64,000 bases of DNA from an uncultured bacterium (GCA_964633315.1 CAZWGS010000011.1:6879-70878), one strand, 5' to 3'. Shown: positions 1 through 10,473, counted from the first letter of the stretch. Numbers and translations are program-made. The notes: generated by a model not told the origin, from the sequence alone.

Positions 1-270
1 TCCTCGCACAGATTGTCCAGAGCGATTCATATAGGTTAGGGGTTTGAGGAGGAACATTTTCTTACCTAATACCACTCCTGAGGTAAATAAGCCCTGAAAG
101 CGTCGATTTTCTTGCCAAGAAAGCTGCCAACGTTGGGCGAGGGTATCAACAGCCTCAAAGCCAATATTATGCCTGGTTTGGTCATATTTAGCTTCTGGAT
201 TGCCTAAACCCACAATTAATTGGGGAATAATTAGTGGAGATTTATCCTGGGAAGAGTCTTTTGCTTTCAT
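1..270 (-). CDS. pth: Peptidyl-tRNA hydrolase, N-terminal part; the gene runs off the left edge
   Basis: Not in the ORF track because it is truncated. Reverse-strand translation from the ATG at 270-268 gives MKAKDSSQDKSPLIIPQLIVGLGNPEAKYDQTRHNIGFEAVD...LKPLTYMNRSGQSVRG, which carries the GLGNP..Y..TRHN.GF and MN.SG signatures of Pth. Confidence 0.85.
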   Translation of the reverse strand, partial: MKAKDSSQDKSPLIIPQLIVGLGNPEAKYDQTRHNIGFEAVDTLAQRWQLSWQENRRFQGLFTSGVVLGKKMFLLKPLTYMNRSGQSVRG

Positions 271-375
271 GAAATAGTAGATGAATTTTACTAGAGCTCT
301 TGCAAGAGTACTTTGGTAATCATTTTTTCATCAATGCTTGTACTTATTACTTATTACTTGAATTCTGCAAGAATT

Positions 376-1002
376 CTATTGTCCAGGATTAGGTGCAGAT
401 GGAAATGGTGCGGGAGCATTAGGTAAGGGAGATAAGGCAGGATCAATGGGAAAATTGGGTGTGGATGGGTTTGGTGTCACCCCTGGAATTGTCAGATTGG
501 GTTGAAGGGAAGTGGGATCTTTTACTCCTTCTGGTAAAGTAGCTAAAGCGACGCGATTACCACCTTCTTTGCGTAGAATATCGAGAACTTCGATCACATT
601 TTTATAGGTAGCATTTTTAGAAGCATAGAGTGCCATTAAACCATCGGGCTGAGTTTGGAAATATGCTTTAACATTTTGAGCTAGTTGCTCTTCGTTGCTG
701 ATGAGTTTATCTTCAATAAAAACGCGCCCTAAATCATCTACAACCACAATTAATAATTCTCTACTTTGGGCAACTCCTGTTTTTGCTTCTGGTAAATCTA
801 GGTTAATAGCTTGCTGACGCGAAACTCCAACTGCTGCGAGAATAAAGAAGATAAGAATACAAAAGACAACGTCAACTAAGGGGATAATTTCAATACGTAC
901 CTCTTGATCTGAGGAAGTATCAACCCATAACTTGAGAGGTTTGCCTGGAATCTGCTTATTGGAATGACGATTTTTCTTTTTTTTAACAGCTGACTTTGCC
1001 AT
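376..1002 (-). CDS. exbD: ExbD/TolR-family biopolymer transport protein with a Pro-rich C-terminal tail
   Basis: It has a basic N-terminus, a single TM helix (IIPLVDVVFCILIFFILAA) and an ExbD-like periplasmic domain. It lies directly downstream of an ExbB-like gene. Confidence 0.8.
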   Translation of the reverse strand: MAKSAVKKKKNRHSNKQIPGKPLKLWVDTSSDQEVRIEIIPLVDVVFCILIFFILAAVGVSRQQAINLDLPEAKTGVAQSRELLIVVVDDLGRVFIEDKLISNEEQLAQNVKAYFQTQPDGLMALYASKNATYKNVIEVLDILRKEGGNRVALATLPEGVKDPTSLQPNLTIPGVTPNPSTPNFPIDPALSPLPNAPAPFPSAPNPGQ

Positions 1003-1148
1003 ATCCTGCCTAATTAAAAATCGTTGGGCTGTAGGTTTTAGAGTAGTTTTTTAACATCAACATTTTGCCAAAGTATTTTTATCTTGGCATTTATTTAGTT
1101 GTTAGCTCACTTGTGCAAGCAATTTAATCTTATTTTTCCAGATAGTCC

Positions 1149-1877
1149 TCAATTTTCTTTACCTTCAAGTTGTCTATCTTCAGGAGTTACACCATCCATC
1201 TCTAGGGCAAACTCTTCATTTTCTTCTTCATCTTGATACCATTTTTGACGATAGATTAATTCCAACTCACTACCTGCTTTGCGGAAAATGCGAACTTGAT
1301 TAAACCACAAAGCCTGAAAAAAGCGATAAAAAGCGAGGCTGACGATGGCAACAACTAGTCCAGCAAATGTTGAGCCTAGTGCTTGACCAATACCCAGGGT
1401 AACACCCCCAGTATCAGCGGTGCCGATATCACTAATGCTAATGGAACCGAGGGAATCCATCAAACCCCAAACAGTTCCTAGTAAACCAATTAAAGGAGAA
1501 AGGGCGATTACTGCTTCTAAGACTTTTTCTCCTCGACGCATCAGGGCTAATTCGTCATCAGCTGCTGTTTCTATCGCCAAATGAAAAACTTCTGGTTCTG
1601 GATTTGTCAGTCGCAGGGGTATATAGAGAAAACGCCCCACAGGATGTCGCCGATATTCCATAGCCATTTCCCTCGCGAGATTCCAGTTACGGTAGGCTGC
1701 ATCTAGTATTCGATTGAGAATTCTTTTTTCCCGAATCAAGACTCTCATCCAGTGCCAGATACGCTCAAAAATCGTAGATAGAGCTAAAATTGACAGTACC
1801 AGCAGCGGCAACATGATTTCCAATTTGCCAGTTTGTATGATAGCTGTGATACTGCTTGTGATGTTGCTGAAGTTCAC
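1149..1877 (-). CDS. exbB: MotA/TolQ/ExbB-family proton channel protein
   Basis: It has three TM segments and the C-terminal core [15 protein letters not shown]...[18 protein letters not shown] typical of ExbB/TolQ. It is paired with exbD. Confidence 0.8.
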   Translation of the reverse strand: MNFSNITSSITAIIQTGKLEIMLPLLVLSILALSTIFERIWHWMRVLIREKRILNRILDAAYRNWNLAREMAMEYRRHPVGRFLYIPLRLTNPEPEVFHLAIETAADDELALMRRGEKVLEAVIALSPLIGLLGTVWGLMDSLGSISISDIGTADTGGVTLGIGQALGSTFAGLVVAIVSLAFYRFFQALWFNQVRIFRKAGSELELIYRQKWYQDEEENEEFALEMDGVTPEDRQLEGKEN

Positions 1878-2071
1878 CTTTTTTATTACCTCCGTGGCAC
1901 TTCCCCAAGTAGTTTATAAGAAGTTTAAGTTATTTTCCGAGCCCAGGGGCACAATGTTTTTCTCTAACCCAACTGCTAGATTTTTTCCGATTGCAGTAAA
2001 TTACTTTACGCTGTTTGTGTTAAGAATCTGGGAAATTTTGAACCAATTGATCTGGAAAATTGGATCTTTGC

Positions 2072-4729
2072 CTAATCTTCAAAAATGTCCAATTGTTCTA
2101 CCAATTGACGCGAGGATTGAGAATTAACCATCGGCTTTCTTTGGACAATACCTCGACGCAACCCTAGGGCAATTTTACTGTGTTTTTCGATTTGTCCCAT
2201 CACTTGTTTCGCACGTTGAATCACCTGAGGTGGTAAACCTGCTAAACGCCCTGCTTCAATACCATAGGATTTATCAGCACCACCGGGACGCACTTGATGG
2301 AGAAAAACAATTTTTTCTGGTAATTCTTTGACCGTTACTTGATAGTTTGCCACATTGGAGAGAATAGAAGCCAACTCATTTAATTCATGGTAGTGAGTAG
2401 CAAAAATAGTCCGCCCTTGAATTTCCGTAGCTAAATATTCTGCTACCGCCCAAGCTATTGAAAGTCCGTCAAATGTGGCTGTTCCCCGACCAATTTCGTC
2501 GAGTAAAATCAGGGATTTAGCGGTGGCGTGGTTAAGGATATTGGCAGTTTCATTCATTTCTACCATAAACGTAGACTGCCCTGTGGCTAAATCATCCACC
2601 GCCCCCACACGGGTAAAAATGCGGTCACAAATACCCAAATTTGCCTCCCTGGCGGGGACAAAACTACCAGTTTGCGCCATCAGTTGAATTAAACCCACTT
2701 GCCTCAAATAACAGCTTTTGCCGCTAGCATTAGGTCCAGTGAGAATTATCAGATCTGGGTCATTATCTACTTCCGTGCTACCCATTTCAGTAGAATTAGG
2801 CACAAAGAAACCCGCAGGTAGAGATTGTTCCACCACTGGATGCCTACCATCAAGAATTGCTATTTTTCTATGGGCTTGAATCCGGGGACGAGTGTAACCT
2901 TGATATACCGCCACCTCAGCCAAACCAGCCAACACATCTAGCGCCGCTACCGCCTTAGCAATGTTGCGAATTGGTTGGGCAACTTTACCCACCTCCGTAC
3001 GCAGATTAGCAAATAACTCATACTCTAATTTATACAAATCTTCTCGCGCGGTCAGGATACGGGTTTCCCTTTCCTTAAGTTCCGAGGTGATGTAGCGTTC
3101 CTCATTAGTTAGGGTTTGCTTACGAGTATAATCCTCTGGTGCTTGGGCTGCTTTCGAGCGAGGCATACTGATATAGTAGCCAAAGGTTTTGTTATAGCCT
3201 ACCTTCAAAGTATTAACACCAGTGCGCTGACGTTCCCTCACCTCCAAATTTGCCAGCCATTGTTGATCCTCCACCATTAAACGGCGCATTTCATCCAGTT
3301 GGCTATTAATCCCATCCCGAATTAAACCCCCTTCCTTGAGGTGTTGCGGTGGATTTTCCACCAAATGGGCGCTAACGTGTCTCCCCAACTGTTCCAATTC
3401 CGGTGGTACTTTTTGCAACGCCCGCATATAGGGAGAAGAACCATAGGCGGTTAGTTCAGAAAGTTCGCTTAATTTAACCAGAGAGTCAGCTAAAGCCGCT
3501 AAATCCCTTGCATTCGCTGTTCCTGAACCCACACGCCCCGTCAGCCTCTCTAAATCATAAATACCGCGCAATAGATGGCGTAAATCTTCCCGCAGGGCGC
3601 TATTTTCCTTGAGTTCACTAATAGTATCCTGCCTAGCACCAATACCATTAATATCTAGTAGAGGCTGCAATAACCAACGACGCAACGCCCGCCCTCCCAT
3701 CGCCGTCATTGTACGATCTAGCGCCCAGAGAAGGGAACCGTGGAAACTTCCATCTCGCACCGTCTGCATAATTTCTAGGTTACGACGGCTTTGGTGATCT
3801 AAAATCAGATAATCGGCGAGGGCGTAGGTTTTTAAAGGTTGCAAAGGGACATCATGGGCTTTTTGTGTGTCCTCCAAATACTCCAACAAACCACCAGCAG
3901 CCCTCACAGCTAAAGTAAGATGTTCACAACCCATCCCTTCTAGGGAACTCACGCCAAATTTAAACAAAATGCGCTGCTTAGCTTCGCTAGAGTTAAAGTA
4001 TCTTTGGGGACGCAGACAATAGCAAAAAGAATCCGGTAAACAGGGAGGTAAATGTTCGCTAGTTTCCCCTGGACGCAGTAAACCGCCAATATCCGGTGCA
4101 TTAGTTGGCACTAACACCTCAGAAGCTTGCAAACGCTGCAATTCCGCCGTCAACGCCTCCAAATCCCTCCCCTGGGTAGTAAAAAAATCTCCCGTCGAAA
4201 TATCAGCATAAGCCAAACCCCAATGATCCTTGGCGATTACCACCGCCGCCAAAAAATTGTTGCGCCTGGCGGATAGCATCCCCTCATCAGTAAGGGTTCC
4301 CGGAGTTAGTAACTTAGTAATTTGGCGTTCCACCATACGATTTTCCGCCTTCGCCTGATTTGCATCCTCCACTTGATCGCAAATAGCAATGGCATAGCCT
4401 TTTTCCACCAACAAAGTGCTATATTTTTCCAGAGCATGGTGAGGCACACCAGTCATAGCAATACGCCCAATTTCCTTACCCCCATCCTTAGAAGTGCAAA
4501 CCAACTCCAACTCACGGGAAATAATCACCGCATCCTGAAAAAAGCACTCATAAAAGTCACCGCAGCGGTATAACAGTAGTGTGTGGGGATGCTGATCTTT
4601 GAGTTCCGCATAATGTTGCATCATCGGAGTCAGCTTAGCGCGTTGCAAATGCCGATAATCACCGTGGGGCGCTTCTCGTGTGGCGATAGTTGGTTTTTGG
4701 GGCGTAGATTCCGGTTGCACTGCGCTCAT
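2072..4729 (-). CDS. mutS: DNA mismatch repair protein MutS
   Basis: The 885-aa product has the TPMMQHY..LK N-terminal mismatch-binding motif, Walker A GPNASGKS, and [12 protein letters not shown] / THYHEL motifs. Confidence 0.97.
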   Translation of the reverse strand: MSAVQPESTPQKPTIATREAPHGDYRHLQRAKLTPMMQHYAELKDQHPHTLLLYRCGDFYECFFQDAVIISRELELVCTSKDGGKEIGRIAMTGVPHHALEKYSTLLVEKGYAIAICDQVEDANQAKAENRMVERQITKLLTPGTLTDEGMLSARRNNFLAAVVIAKDHWGLAYADISTGDFFTTQGRDLEALTAELQRLQASEVLVPTNAPDIGGLLRPGETSEHLPPCLPDSFCYCLRPQRYFNSSEAKQRILFKFGVSSLEGMGCEHLTLAVRAAGGLLEYLEDTQKAHDVPLQPLKTYALADYLILDHQSRRNLEIMQTVRDGSFHGSLLWALDRTMTAMGGRALRRWLLQPLLDINGIGARQDTISELKENSALREDLRHLLRGIYDLERLTGRVGSGTANARDLAALADSLVKLSELSELTAYGSSPYMRALQKVPPELEQLGRHVSAHLVENPPQHLKEGGLIRDGINSQLDEMRRLMVEDQQWLANLEVRERQRTGVNTLKVGYNKTFGYYISMPRSKAAQAPEDYTRKQTLTNEERYITSELKERETRILTAREDLYKLEYELFANLRTEVGKVAQPIRNIAKAVAALDVLAGLAEVAVYQGYTRPRIQAHRKIAILDGRHPVVEQSLPAGFFVPNSTEMGSTEVDNDPDLIILTGPNASGKSCYLRQVGLIQLMAQTGSFVPAREANLGICDRIFTRVGAVDDLATGQSTFMVEMNETANILNHATAKSLILLDEIGRGTATFDGLSIAWAVAEYLATEIQGRTIFATHYHELNELASILSNVANYQVTVKELPEKIVFLHQVRPGGADKSYGIEAGRLAGLPPQVIQRAKQVMGQIEKHSKIALGLRRGIVQRKPMVNSQSSRQLVEQLDIFED

Positions 4730-4886
4730 GAAAAATCAAGGTGATGCTCAATGTATCTAACGACTTTATCGCAAGCTGCCAGTTAGGTTCAATGGAAAGT
4801 GAGCAAACTACAAGAAGTTTTATCTAATCATGGATAACTTCACTTAGTATGTACTTTAGCGAGGAGAATTTCAATTCAGTTAATTC

Positions 4887-6308
4887 ATGTCTCAGAAAAA
4901 CGAAACCAAAGTTCTGGTACTATCCTTACTCATTACCGCCGCGATGTTGGGTGGAGGTGCATGGTGGTTTCTCAATCGCAACAGCGACAAGCAAGGAAAT
5001 ACTCCAACTCAGCCAGACACTCCAGCTACGATAATACCAATTAGTCCTACCACAGAAATTTCCACTCGTCTAAGTACAGGGGATAAACTGCTTACAGGAG
5101 GCGCAACCAAAGCCAAGCAGGCAGCTATTTTCGCCTTGGCAACAGAGGACTATACCGAAGCCATTGCCCAATTAGAGGCATCCTTGCAAGCCAATCGCAA
5201 CGATCCAGAAGCCCTAATTTACCTCAATAATGCCCGCATTGGTAACGATCAAGCCCATCATATTGCCGTAGTTATTCCTGCTAGTTTTGATGTTAATGGA
5301 GCCAAGGAAATTTTACGTGGTATAGCTCAGGCGCAGCAAGAAATAAATAGTGCAGGTGGTATCAATAGCATTCCTTTAAAGATACTAATTGCCGATGATA
5401 ATAATGATCCAGAATTAGCCAAACAAGTTGCCCAATCCTTAGCCGAAAATTCAGACATCTTAGGAGTAGTTGGTCATTGGGCAAGTGATGTTACCCTAGC
5501 AGCAGCAGAAGTTTACGAGCAAGAAAAACTAGTCGTAATTTCCCCTGTGAGTACTTCAGTACAACTGTCAGGATTTGGCAATTATATCTTTCGCACTGTA
5601 CCCAGCGATCGCTTTGCAGGCAGTGCCCTTGCCCGCTATATGCTGCGAGACTTAGACTTAAAACAAGCCGCCGTCTTTTTCAACTCCCAAAGCAACTACA
5701 GCCGTTCCCTTAAGGAAGTTTTCACCACAGATCTTTTTGCGGAAGGGGGAGAAGTGGTAGAAGAATTTGACCTCTCAGAACCCAATTTCAACGCTGCAGA
5801 GGCTTTTCAACAAGCAAAAGCACGAGATGCCCAGGTTCTGGTATTAGTAGCAGATGTGAGCAATTTAGATAAAGCGCTGCAAGTGGTGCAAGTGAATGAT
5901 GGAGATTTAGAAATCCTTGCAGGAGATGATGTTTACAGCGCCAAAACTCTGCAAATTGGTGGTCGAGACGCTTTGGGAATGGTTTTAGCTGTACCTTGGC
6001 ATATTAAAGGTAACCCGGAAGCAACATTTCCCCAAGCTGCCAGGGATCTTTGGGTTGGTGATGTTAACTGGCGCACAGCTATGGCATATGATGCTGCTAA
6101 AGCCCTAATTGCGGCGATAGAGAAACAACCAACTCGTCAAGGAGTGCAAGCAGCCCTCAAAGATAGAAGTTTTACCGCCACTGGTGCAGAGGGAGCAATT
6201 CGCTTTTTGCCCTCAGGCGATCGCAACAAACCCATGCAGTTGGTTAAAGTGGAAGAAGATACCGATAATAGCACCAGTTTTGGGTACGAGTTTGTACCTC
6301 TAGAGTAA
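4887..6308 (+). CDS. Membrane-anchored type-1 periplasmic binding protein (Leu/Ile/Val-binding, LivK-like fold) with a TPR-like N-terminal helix pair
   Basis: It has an N-terminal TM anchor (VLVLSLLITAAMLGGGAWWFL), then ...NDPEALIYLNNAR..., then the PBP1 strings GVVGHWAS, ISPVSTS and FRTVPSD. It is paralogous to the C-terminal half of the protein at 41326..44076. Confidence 0.75.
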   Translation: MSQKNETKVLVLSLLITAAMLGGGAWWFLNRNSDKQGNTPTQPDTPATIIPISPTTEISTRLSTGDKLLTGGATKAKQAAIFALATEDYTEAIAQLEASLQANRNDPEALIYLNNARIGNDQAHHIAVVIPASFDVNGAKEILRGIAQAQQEINSAGGINSIPLKILIADDNNDPELAKQVAQSLAENSDILGVVGHWASDVTLAAAEVYEQEKLVVISPVSTSVQLSGFGNYIFRTVPSDRFAGSALARYMLRDLDLKQAAVFFNSQSNYSRSLKEVFTTDLFAEGGEVVEEFDLSEPNFNAAEAFQQAKARDAQVLVLVADVSNLDKALQVVQVNDGDLEILAGDDVYSAKTLQIGGRDALGMVLAVPWHIKGNPEATFPQAARDLWVGDVNWRTAMAYDAAKALIAAIEKQPTRQGVQAALKDRSFTATGAEGAIRFLPSGDRNKPMQLVKVEEDTDNSTSFGYEFVPLE

Positions 6309-6529
6309 AGTTATGTTGCTCAATAATTTTCTTTGCTAGGTTGCCAAATAGTATAGAAAACCAGATTACTGTAAAAAGTTATAATAATCGAAAATATTAG
6401 AAAACTAGACTAACTCTATAGCTCTACCAGATCCTTATGACATAAGTTATCAAAGCAACTTAACAAAAATTAGATGCATTTACCCTAGGTAAGTGAAAGC
6501 GTAGGGAACTATTACTGTGGGAACTAATG

Positions 6530-6688
6530 CTAACTTTCCGTTTCCTTTTCCCGATTTTCGACTTCATCTTTGAAACCTCTAAGGGTTTTTGCCAAAGCGC
6601 CACCTAATTGGGGAATTTTTTTTGGTCCAAAAATCAGCAAAGCAACAACACCAATCACAATCACCTCAGCCCAACCTAAACCAAACAT
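6530..6688 (-). CDS. tatA: Twin-arginine translocase subunit TatA/E (52 aa; below the ORF-track cutoff)
   Basis: Manual translation gives MFGLGWAEVIVIGVVALLIFGPKKIPQLGGALAKTLRGFKDEVENREKETES. This has the canonical TatA TM helix plus the FGPKK.P..G hinge. A GGAG lies about 7 nt upstream of the ATG. Confidence 0.8.
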   Translation of the reverse strand: MFGLGWAEVIVIGVVALLIFGPKKIPQLGGALAKTLRGFKDEVENREKETES

Positions 6689-6807
6689 AAAAACTCTCCT
6701 GGATCTAGCTACTCAATCATTAACATATAAGTCCCCAGCATCGGTATATGCTTAATTTAAGAAAACCTAAGTAAATTATGAGCTGCTAAGCTCCGAATCA
6801 CATCGGA

Positions 6808-7554
6808 ATGTCACAAATTGCAAATTCCTCAGTTCGTCAGCAACTACATCCCCTAATTCGCACACTAGCTGACTCCATTGTCGGTTACTGGGAAAAATAC
6901 TTGGAGTTATCACCTTACAATTTACCAGCAGGATTAGGCTATGTGGAAGGGCGACTCGAGGGCGAAAAACTGACGATTGAGAATCGCTGCTATCAAACAC
7001 CCCAGTTTCGCAAAATGCACTTGGAATTGGCAAAGGTGGGTAAAAACCTAGATATTCTCCATTGCGTTATGTTTCCCCGCCATGTTTATGCCTTGCCCAT
7101 GTTTGGTTGTGATATTGTTGCTGGTAGAGGACAGGTAAGTGCCGCAATAGCAGATTTATCTCCTGTAAATTCTGCGAAAAACCTACCCCCAAGCTATCAC
7201 CAAGCATTAGCCAAACTACCTCCAGTTTCCTTCGCCCAACATCGTCAACTTCCAGCTTGGGCAGATATCTTTTCTGAATTTTGTCTTTTTATTAAACCCC
7301 AAAATTCCCAAGAGGAAGCACAATTTCTCAAACGCGCCCAGGATTTCATTGAAATCCATTGCTACCAAGCACTCCAAGCCCAACCTGTATCAGAGAGAGA
7401 ACAAATTTTAAACCTCAAAGGACAAAATTATTACTGCACCAAACAACAACAAAATGATAAAACTCGTCGTGTACTCGAAAAAGCTTTTGGTAGCGAGTGG
7501 GCAGATAGGTATATGACTTCAGTTTTATTTGATATGCCCACAGTAGGAAATTAA
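6808..7554 (+). CDS. pcyA: Phycocyanobilin:ferredoxin oxidoreductase
   Basis: It contains the string [35 protein letters not shown]...LHCVMFP...[17 protein letters not shown], characteristic of cyanobacterial PcyA. Confidence 0.95.
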   Translation: MSQIANSSVRQQLHPLIRTLADSIVGYWEKYLELSPYNLPAGLGYVEGRLEGEKLTIENRCYQTPQFRKMHLELAKVGKNLDILHCVMFPRHVYALPMFGCDIVAGRGQVSAAIADLSPVNSAKNLPPSYHQALAKLPPVSFAQHRQLPAWADIFSEFCLFIKPQNSQEEAQFLKRAQDFIEIHCYQALQAQPVSEREQILNLKGQNYYCTKQQQNDKTRRVLEKAFGSEWADRYMTSVLFDMPTVGN

Positions 7555-7599
7555 AATTTTATTTTTGTATCGATTACCCCACTTATTACTCGGCGTTGG

Positions 7600-7760
7600 T
7601 TAATCAAGATACCACAGTGACTTCTCCAGACGTTGATGCTACGCATACAACGCTGGCTTCTCCAAATCCAGAAGGATAGAGAGAACTAGCTTTGAGGTAC
7701 TATTAGTAGTAGATGCTTTTACTACTGGATTCCCTTTACGCCGTATTATAGTCGGGAACA
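7600..7760 (-). ncRNA. Candidate TnpB guide RNA (omega/right-end RNA) region overlapping the tnpB 3' end
   Basis: This is inferred only from the known position of omega RNAs, at the 3' end of tnpB running into the element end, and from the hairpin at 7626-7656. The boundaries are guesses. Confidence 0.3.
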
Positions 7761-9018
7761 AGTCCAGCCCGACTCTCTTAAGGTTGATACTCGATGCTAT
7801 GTCACGGTCAACCCAGAGCTTTAATTCTTCATCCCAATACTTTCTGATACTGACATCGGTAAAAACAAACTCGTCTTTATAAGGTAATATCATCGAGGTA
7901 TACGCGGGATTTACTGCGACGACTGAAGCACCAGTTTTTTCTCCTATGTACTTCAAGATATTAAAAAACTGCCCAAATGCGGCATCTGCCCAAGACTTAT
8001 TTAAACCAGTTTTAGCAGACTGACCATTGGGTAAGTATCTACCCGTTTCGTCTTGCTTGGGCTTATTTCTTTTGCTCAACCGTGCTAGATTGAGTTTTTC
8101 GTGGAAGAAAACTTTTTTGTCAGTAGCCATCAGTTGATGAGCACTTTTGTAGGCGTGGTCTTTTCTGGCTCTAGCGATGCGCTGATGCACCCTGGCTTCT
8201 CGTTTGGCTAGTTTGCGTCTAGCTTTTGTGCCTCTTTTTCTATTGGATTTGCGCTGAGAAACTATGGCTAGTTTATGTTGTGATTTACGAAAAGATTTGA
8301 GACTTGGTAGCTTAACTCCCTCAGAAGTAGCCAGATAATCATCTTCGTGTAGAACTGCATCCATTCCCAGAGAGTTGCCCCAAGTCGGAGTAATGTCTGG
8401 TTTGAAATCAGGCACAGAAGTATCTTCTAGGCGTAAATTAATGTACCAGCCATCAGCTTTCTTAATTACCTGCAGTGACTTAAGCATCGCTCCGTTTGGT
8501 AACGAACGATGATGGCGAATTTTAACAATACCTATCTTTGGCAGCGAAACATATAGCCACTTACCACCAACCGAACAAGAATGTAGTTTCGCTCCTTCAA
8601 AAACCATCGAACGGAATCTAGAGGCATTTTTGATTCTAGGTTTGCCCTTTCGCTTCCCATTTTTGTCGCCAGATACGTACCTGTTAAAAGCTAGCTTGAC
8701 TCTGGTGCAGACTTCTTGAAGCGTTTGAGAAGGAACGCAATTAAAGTCTAGTAGTTCTTTGCTCCAACCTACAGCTACCAAATCTTGTTTGAGTTTTGGT
8801 AGCTGCTTTTTTTGTCCGTAAAACTCAGGCTTATCTTTAAGTCCTGGTAGATGGCAAACCAAAGGGCAGCTATTGACGTAGCAGCGATTTTGCTCCCACC
8901 AATCAAATCTCTCGCCAAGCTGACGATTGTACCAATAACGGCAAATCCGAAGCCACTCGTTGAGAGTTAGCTTCTTTTGTGTAGTTGGATATAGCCGATA
9001 TTGGTAGTTTAGTTTCAC
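7639..9018 (-). CDS. tnpB: IS200/IS605-family TnpB (OrfB) RNA-guided endonuclease-like protein
   Basis: The N-terminus is the typical YQYRLYPT..Q. RuvC-like acidic residues sit in LGMDAV, VFFHEKLNL and VDRDIASSINL. NPAYTS precedes the position where a zinc ribbon is usually found. Confidence 0.9.
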   Translation of the reverse strand: MKLNYQYRLYPTTQKKLTLNEWLRICRYWYNRQLGERFDWWEQNRCYVNSCPLVCHLPGLKDKPEFYGQKKQLPKLKQDLVAVGWSKELLDFNCVPSQTLQEVCTRVKLAFNRYVSGDKNGKRKGKPRIKNASRFRSMVFEGAKLHSCSVGGKWLYVSLPKIGIVKIRHHRSLPNGAMLKSLQVIKKADGWYINLRLEDTSVPDFKPDITPTWGNSLGMDAVLHEDDYLATSEGVKLPSLKSFRKSQHKLAIVSQRKSNRKRGTKARRKLAKREARVHQRIARARKDHAYKSAHQLMATDKKVFFHEKLNLARLSKRNKPKQDETGRYLPNGQSAKTGLNKSWADAAFGQFFNILKYIGEKTGASVVAVNPAYTSMILPYKDEFVFTDVSIRKYWDEELKLWVDRDIASSINLKRVGLDLFPTIIRRKGNPVVKASTTNSTSKLVLSILLDLEKPALYA

Positions 9019-9065
9019 AAGTCAACGTAGTTTAAAATAACTACAGTGATTATAACAGAACATTA

Positions 9066-9476
9066 ATGAAAAATGATTTTGTTTCCAATGCTAGGTCTGT
9101 ATCTGATTTAAAAGCTCACTTGGTTCTTACTACAAAGTACAGAAGAAAGGTTTTGACTGGACAAATGATTGGTCGTTTAAGCGAGGTTTTAAGTGAGTTG
9201 TGTGAGAAATGGAATTGTAAACTGATTGAGTTCAATGGTGAAGACACGCACATACACCTGCTTTTCCAATATTACCCACAATTAGAATTACCCAAGTTCG
9301 TAGGTAATATTAAGTCTGTAACTAGCAGGAAACTGCGACAAGAATTTTCAGATGAAATTAATAAGTTTTACTGGAAAAAGGTTTTTTGGAATGAGTCGTA
9401 TTTTATTGCTAGTTGTGGAGGAGTAACAATATCAGTATTGAAAAAGTATATTGAAAGTCAGCATGCACCAACTTAA
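9066..9476 (+). CDS. tnpA: IS200/IS605-family Y1 (HUH) transposase TnpA
   Basis: The 136-aa product has the HUH motif in DTHIHLLFQY and the catalytic Tyr region NESYFIASCGG. Confidence 0.9.
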   Translation: MKNDFVSNARSVSDLKAHLVLTTKYRRKVLTGQMIGRLSEVLSELCEKWNCKLIEFNGEDTHIHLLFQYYPQLELPKFVGNIKSVTSRKLRQEFSDEINKFYWKKVFWNESYFIASCGGVTISVLKKYIESQHAPT

Positions 9477-9611
9477 GTGTAGACTGGCATTCATCGAGAC
9501 GTTCTGTGCGATAGCACAGAACGCTGGGCTTCTGCCAGATTAGCTAAATTAGGTTATTAGCATTCACAGATGCTGTAGTGATATTAATTTCTCCTGCACT
9601 ACGGATTAAAT

Positions 9612-10361
9612 CTAATGAGGACTTAAGGCAACTTTAAGCATTTCTTCTGGGGTAAGGCGATCATACACCACCCTGCCATCTCTAAACCAAACAATGCGCT
9701 GAGTGAGGCGTGCTACTTCTGGTTCGTGGGTTACCATAACCAAGGTAATACCACTCTCATTTAGTTCTGCAAAAAGCTCGAGTACCTCGTTAGTTGTACG
9801 CGAGTCTAGTGCCCCAGTAGGTTCATCTGCAAGTAATAATACAGGTTGATTAACAATAGCGCGGGCGATGGCGACTCGTTGCTGTTGTCCTCCTGAAAGC
9901 TGATTTGGTTTATTTTGTAAGCGGTTAGCCAAACCCACCTTTGTCAAAGCTGCAGTGGCACGCTCTTTTCTTTCTGAGTGCTTAAGTCCAGCATAAACCA
10001 TTGGTAGCATAACATTTTCCAAGGCACTCATTTGAGGCAATAAATGAAACTGCTGGAAGACAAAACCAATTTTGAGATTGCGAATATTGGCTAACTCTCC
10101 CTCTGGCAAACCTGAAACATCTACGTTATCAAGATAGTAGCGTCCAGAGGTCGGTCGATCTAAACAGCCAATAATATTCATCGCTGTAGATTTACCTGAA
10201 CCAGAAGCACCCATAATTGAGCAATATTCGCCCTTCTCTACTATCAAATCTACGCCAGCCAAGGCCTTTACCTCAGCATTTCCCGTACCGTAAACTTTAG
10301 TCACCGATTCGAGACGGATAATGACAGGTTTATGGGGATGGGGTTGTTTGCTATTTTCCAA
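9612..10361 (-). CDS. ABC transporter ATP-binding protein (MacB/LolD/DevA-like ATPase)
   Basis: It has Walker A GASGSGKST, the signature LSGGQQQRVAIARA, Walker B LLLADEPTGALD and the H-loop VTHE. Confidence 0.85.
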   Translation of the reverse strand: MENSKQPHPHKPVIIRLESVTKVYGTGNAEVKALAGVDLIVEKGEYCSIMGASGSGKSTAMNIIGCLDRPTSGRYYLDNVDVSGLPEGELANIRNLKIGFVFQQFHLLPQMSALENVMLPMVYAGLKHSERKERATAALTKVGLANRLQNKPNQLSGGQQQRVAIARAIVNQPVLLLADEPTGALDSRTTNEVLELFAELNESGITLVMVTHEPEVARLTQRIVWFRDGRVVYDRLTPEEMLKVALSPH

Positions 10362-10473
10362 GTTAAGTAAGCTCAGAATAACTGGATTGTTGTTACTATC
10401 CTAGCCTGTGTCAATTGGCTCTTTCGTGTACCTTTTTAGGCTACAGATACCATCCATCTAATCCAATCACTCT

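Larger units (their letters stand above)
7620..9540. mobile_element. Complete IS200/IS605-family insertion sequence with divergent tnpB and tnpA (IS605-like layout)
   Basis: Both genes are present. Each end has a subterminal hairpin followed by the same tail: 7626-7656 (CCAGACGTTG...CAACGCTGG) then CTTCTCC, and 9500-9523 (CGTTCTGTGC-GATA-GCACAGAACG) then CTGGGCTTCTGCC. The exact termini were not determined. Confidence 0.75.

Noticed and set aside
1714-2127. 137-aa plus-strand ORF spanning the exbB start and mutS end
   Set aside because: It overlaps two well-supported minus-strand genes and the spacer between them, and its sequence is low complexity.
6570-7033. Track ORFs 6570..6755 (+) and 6776..7033 (-)
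   Set aside because: The first is antisense to the clear tatA ORF. The second is antisense to the pcyA 5' end.
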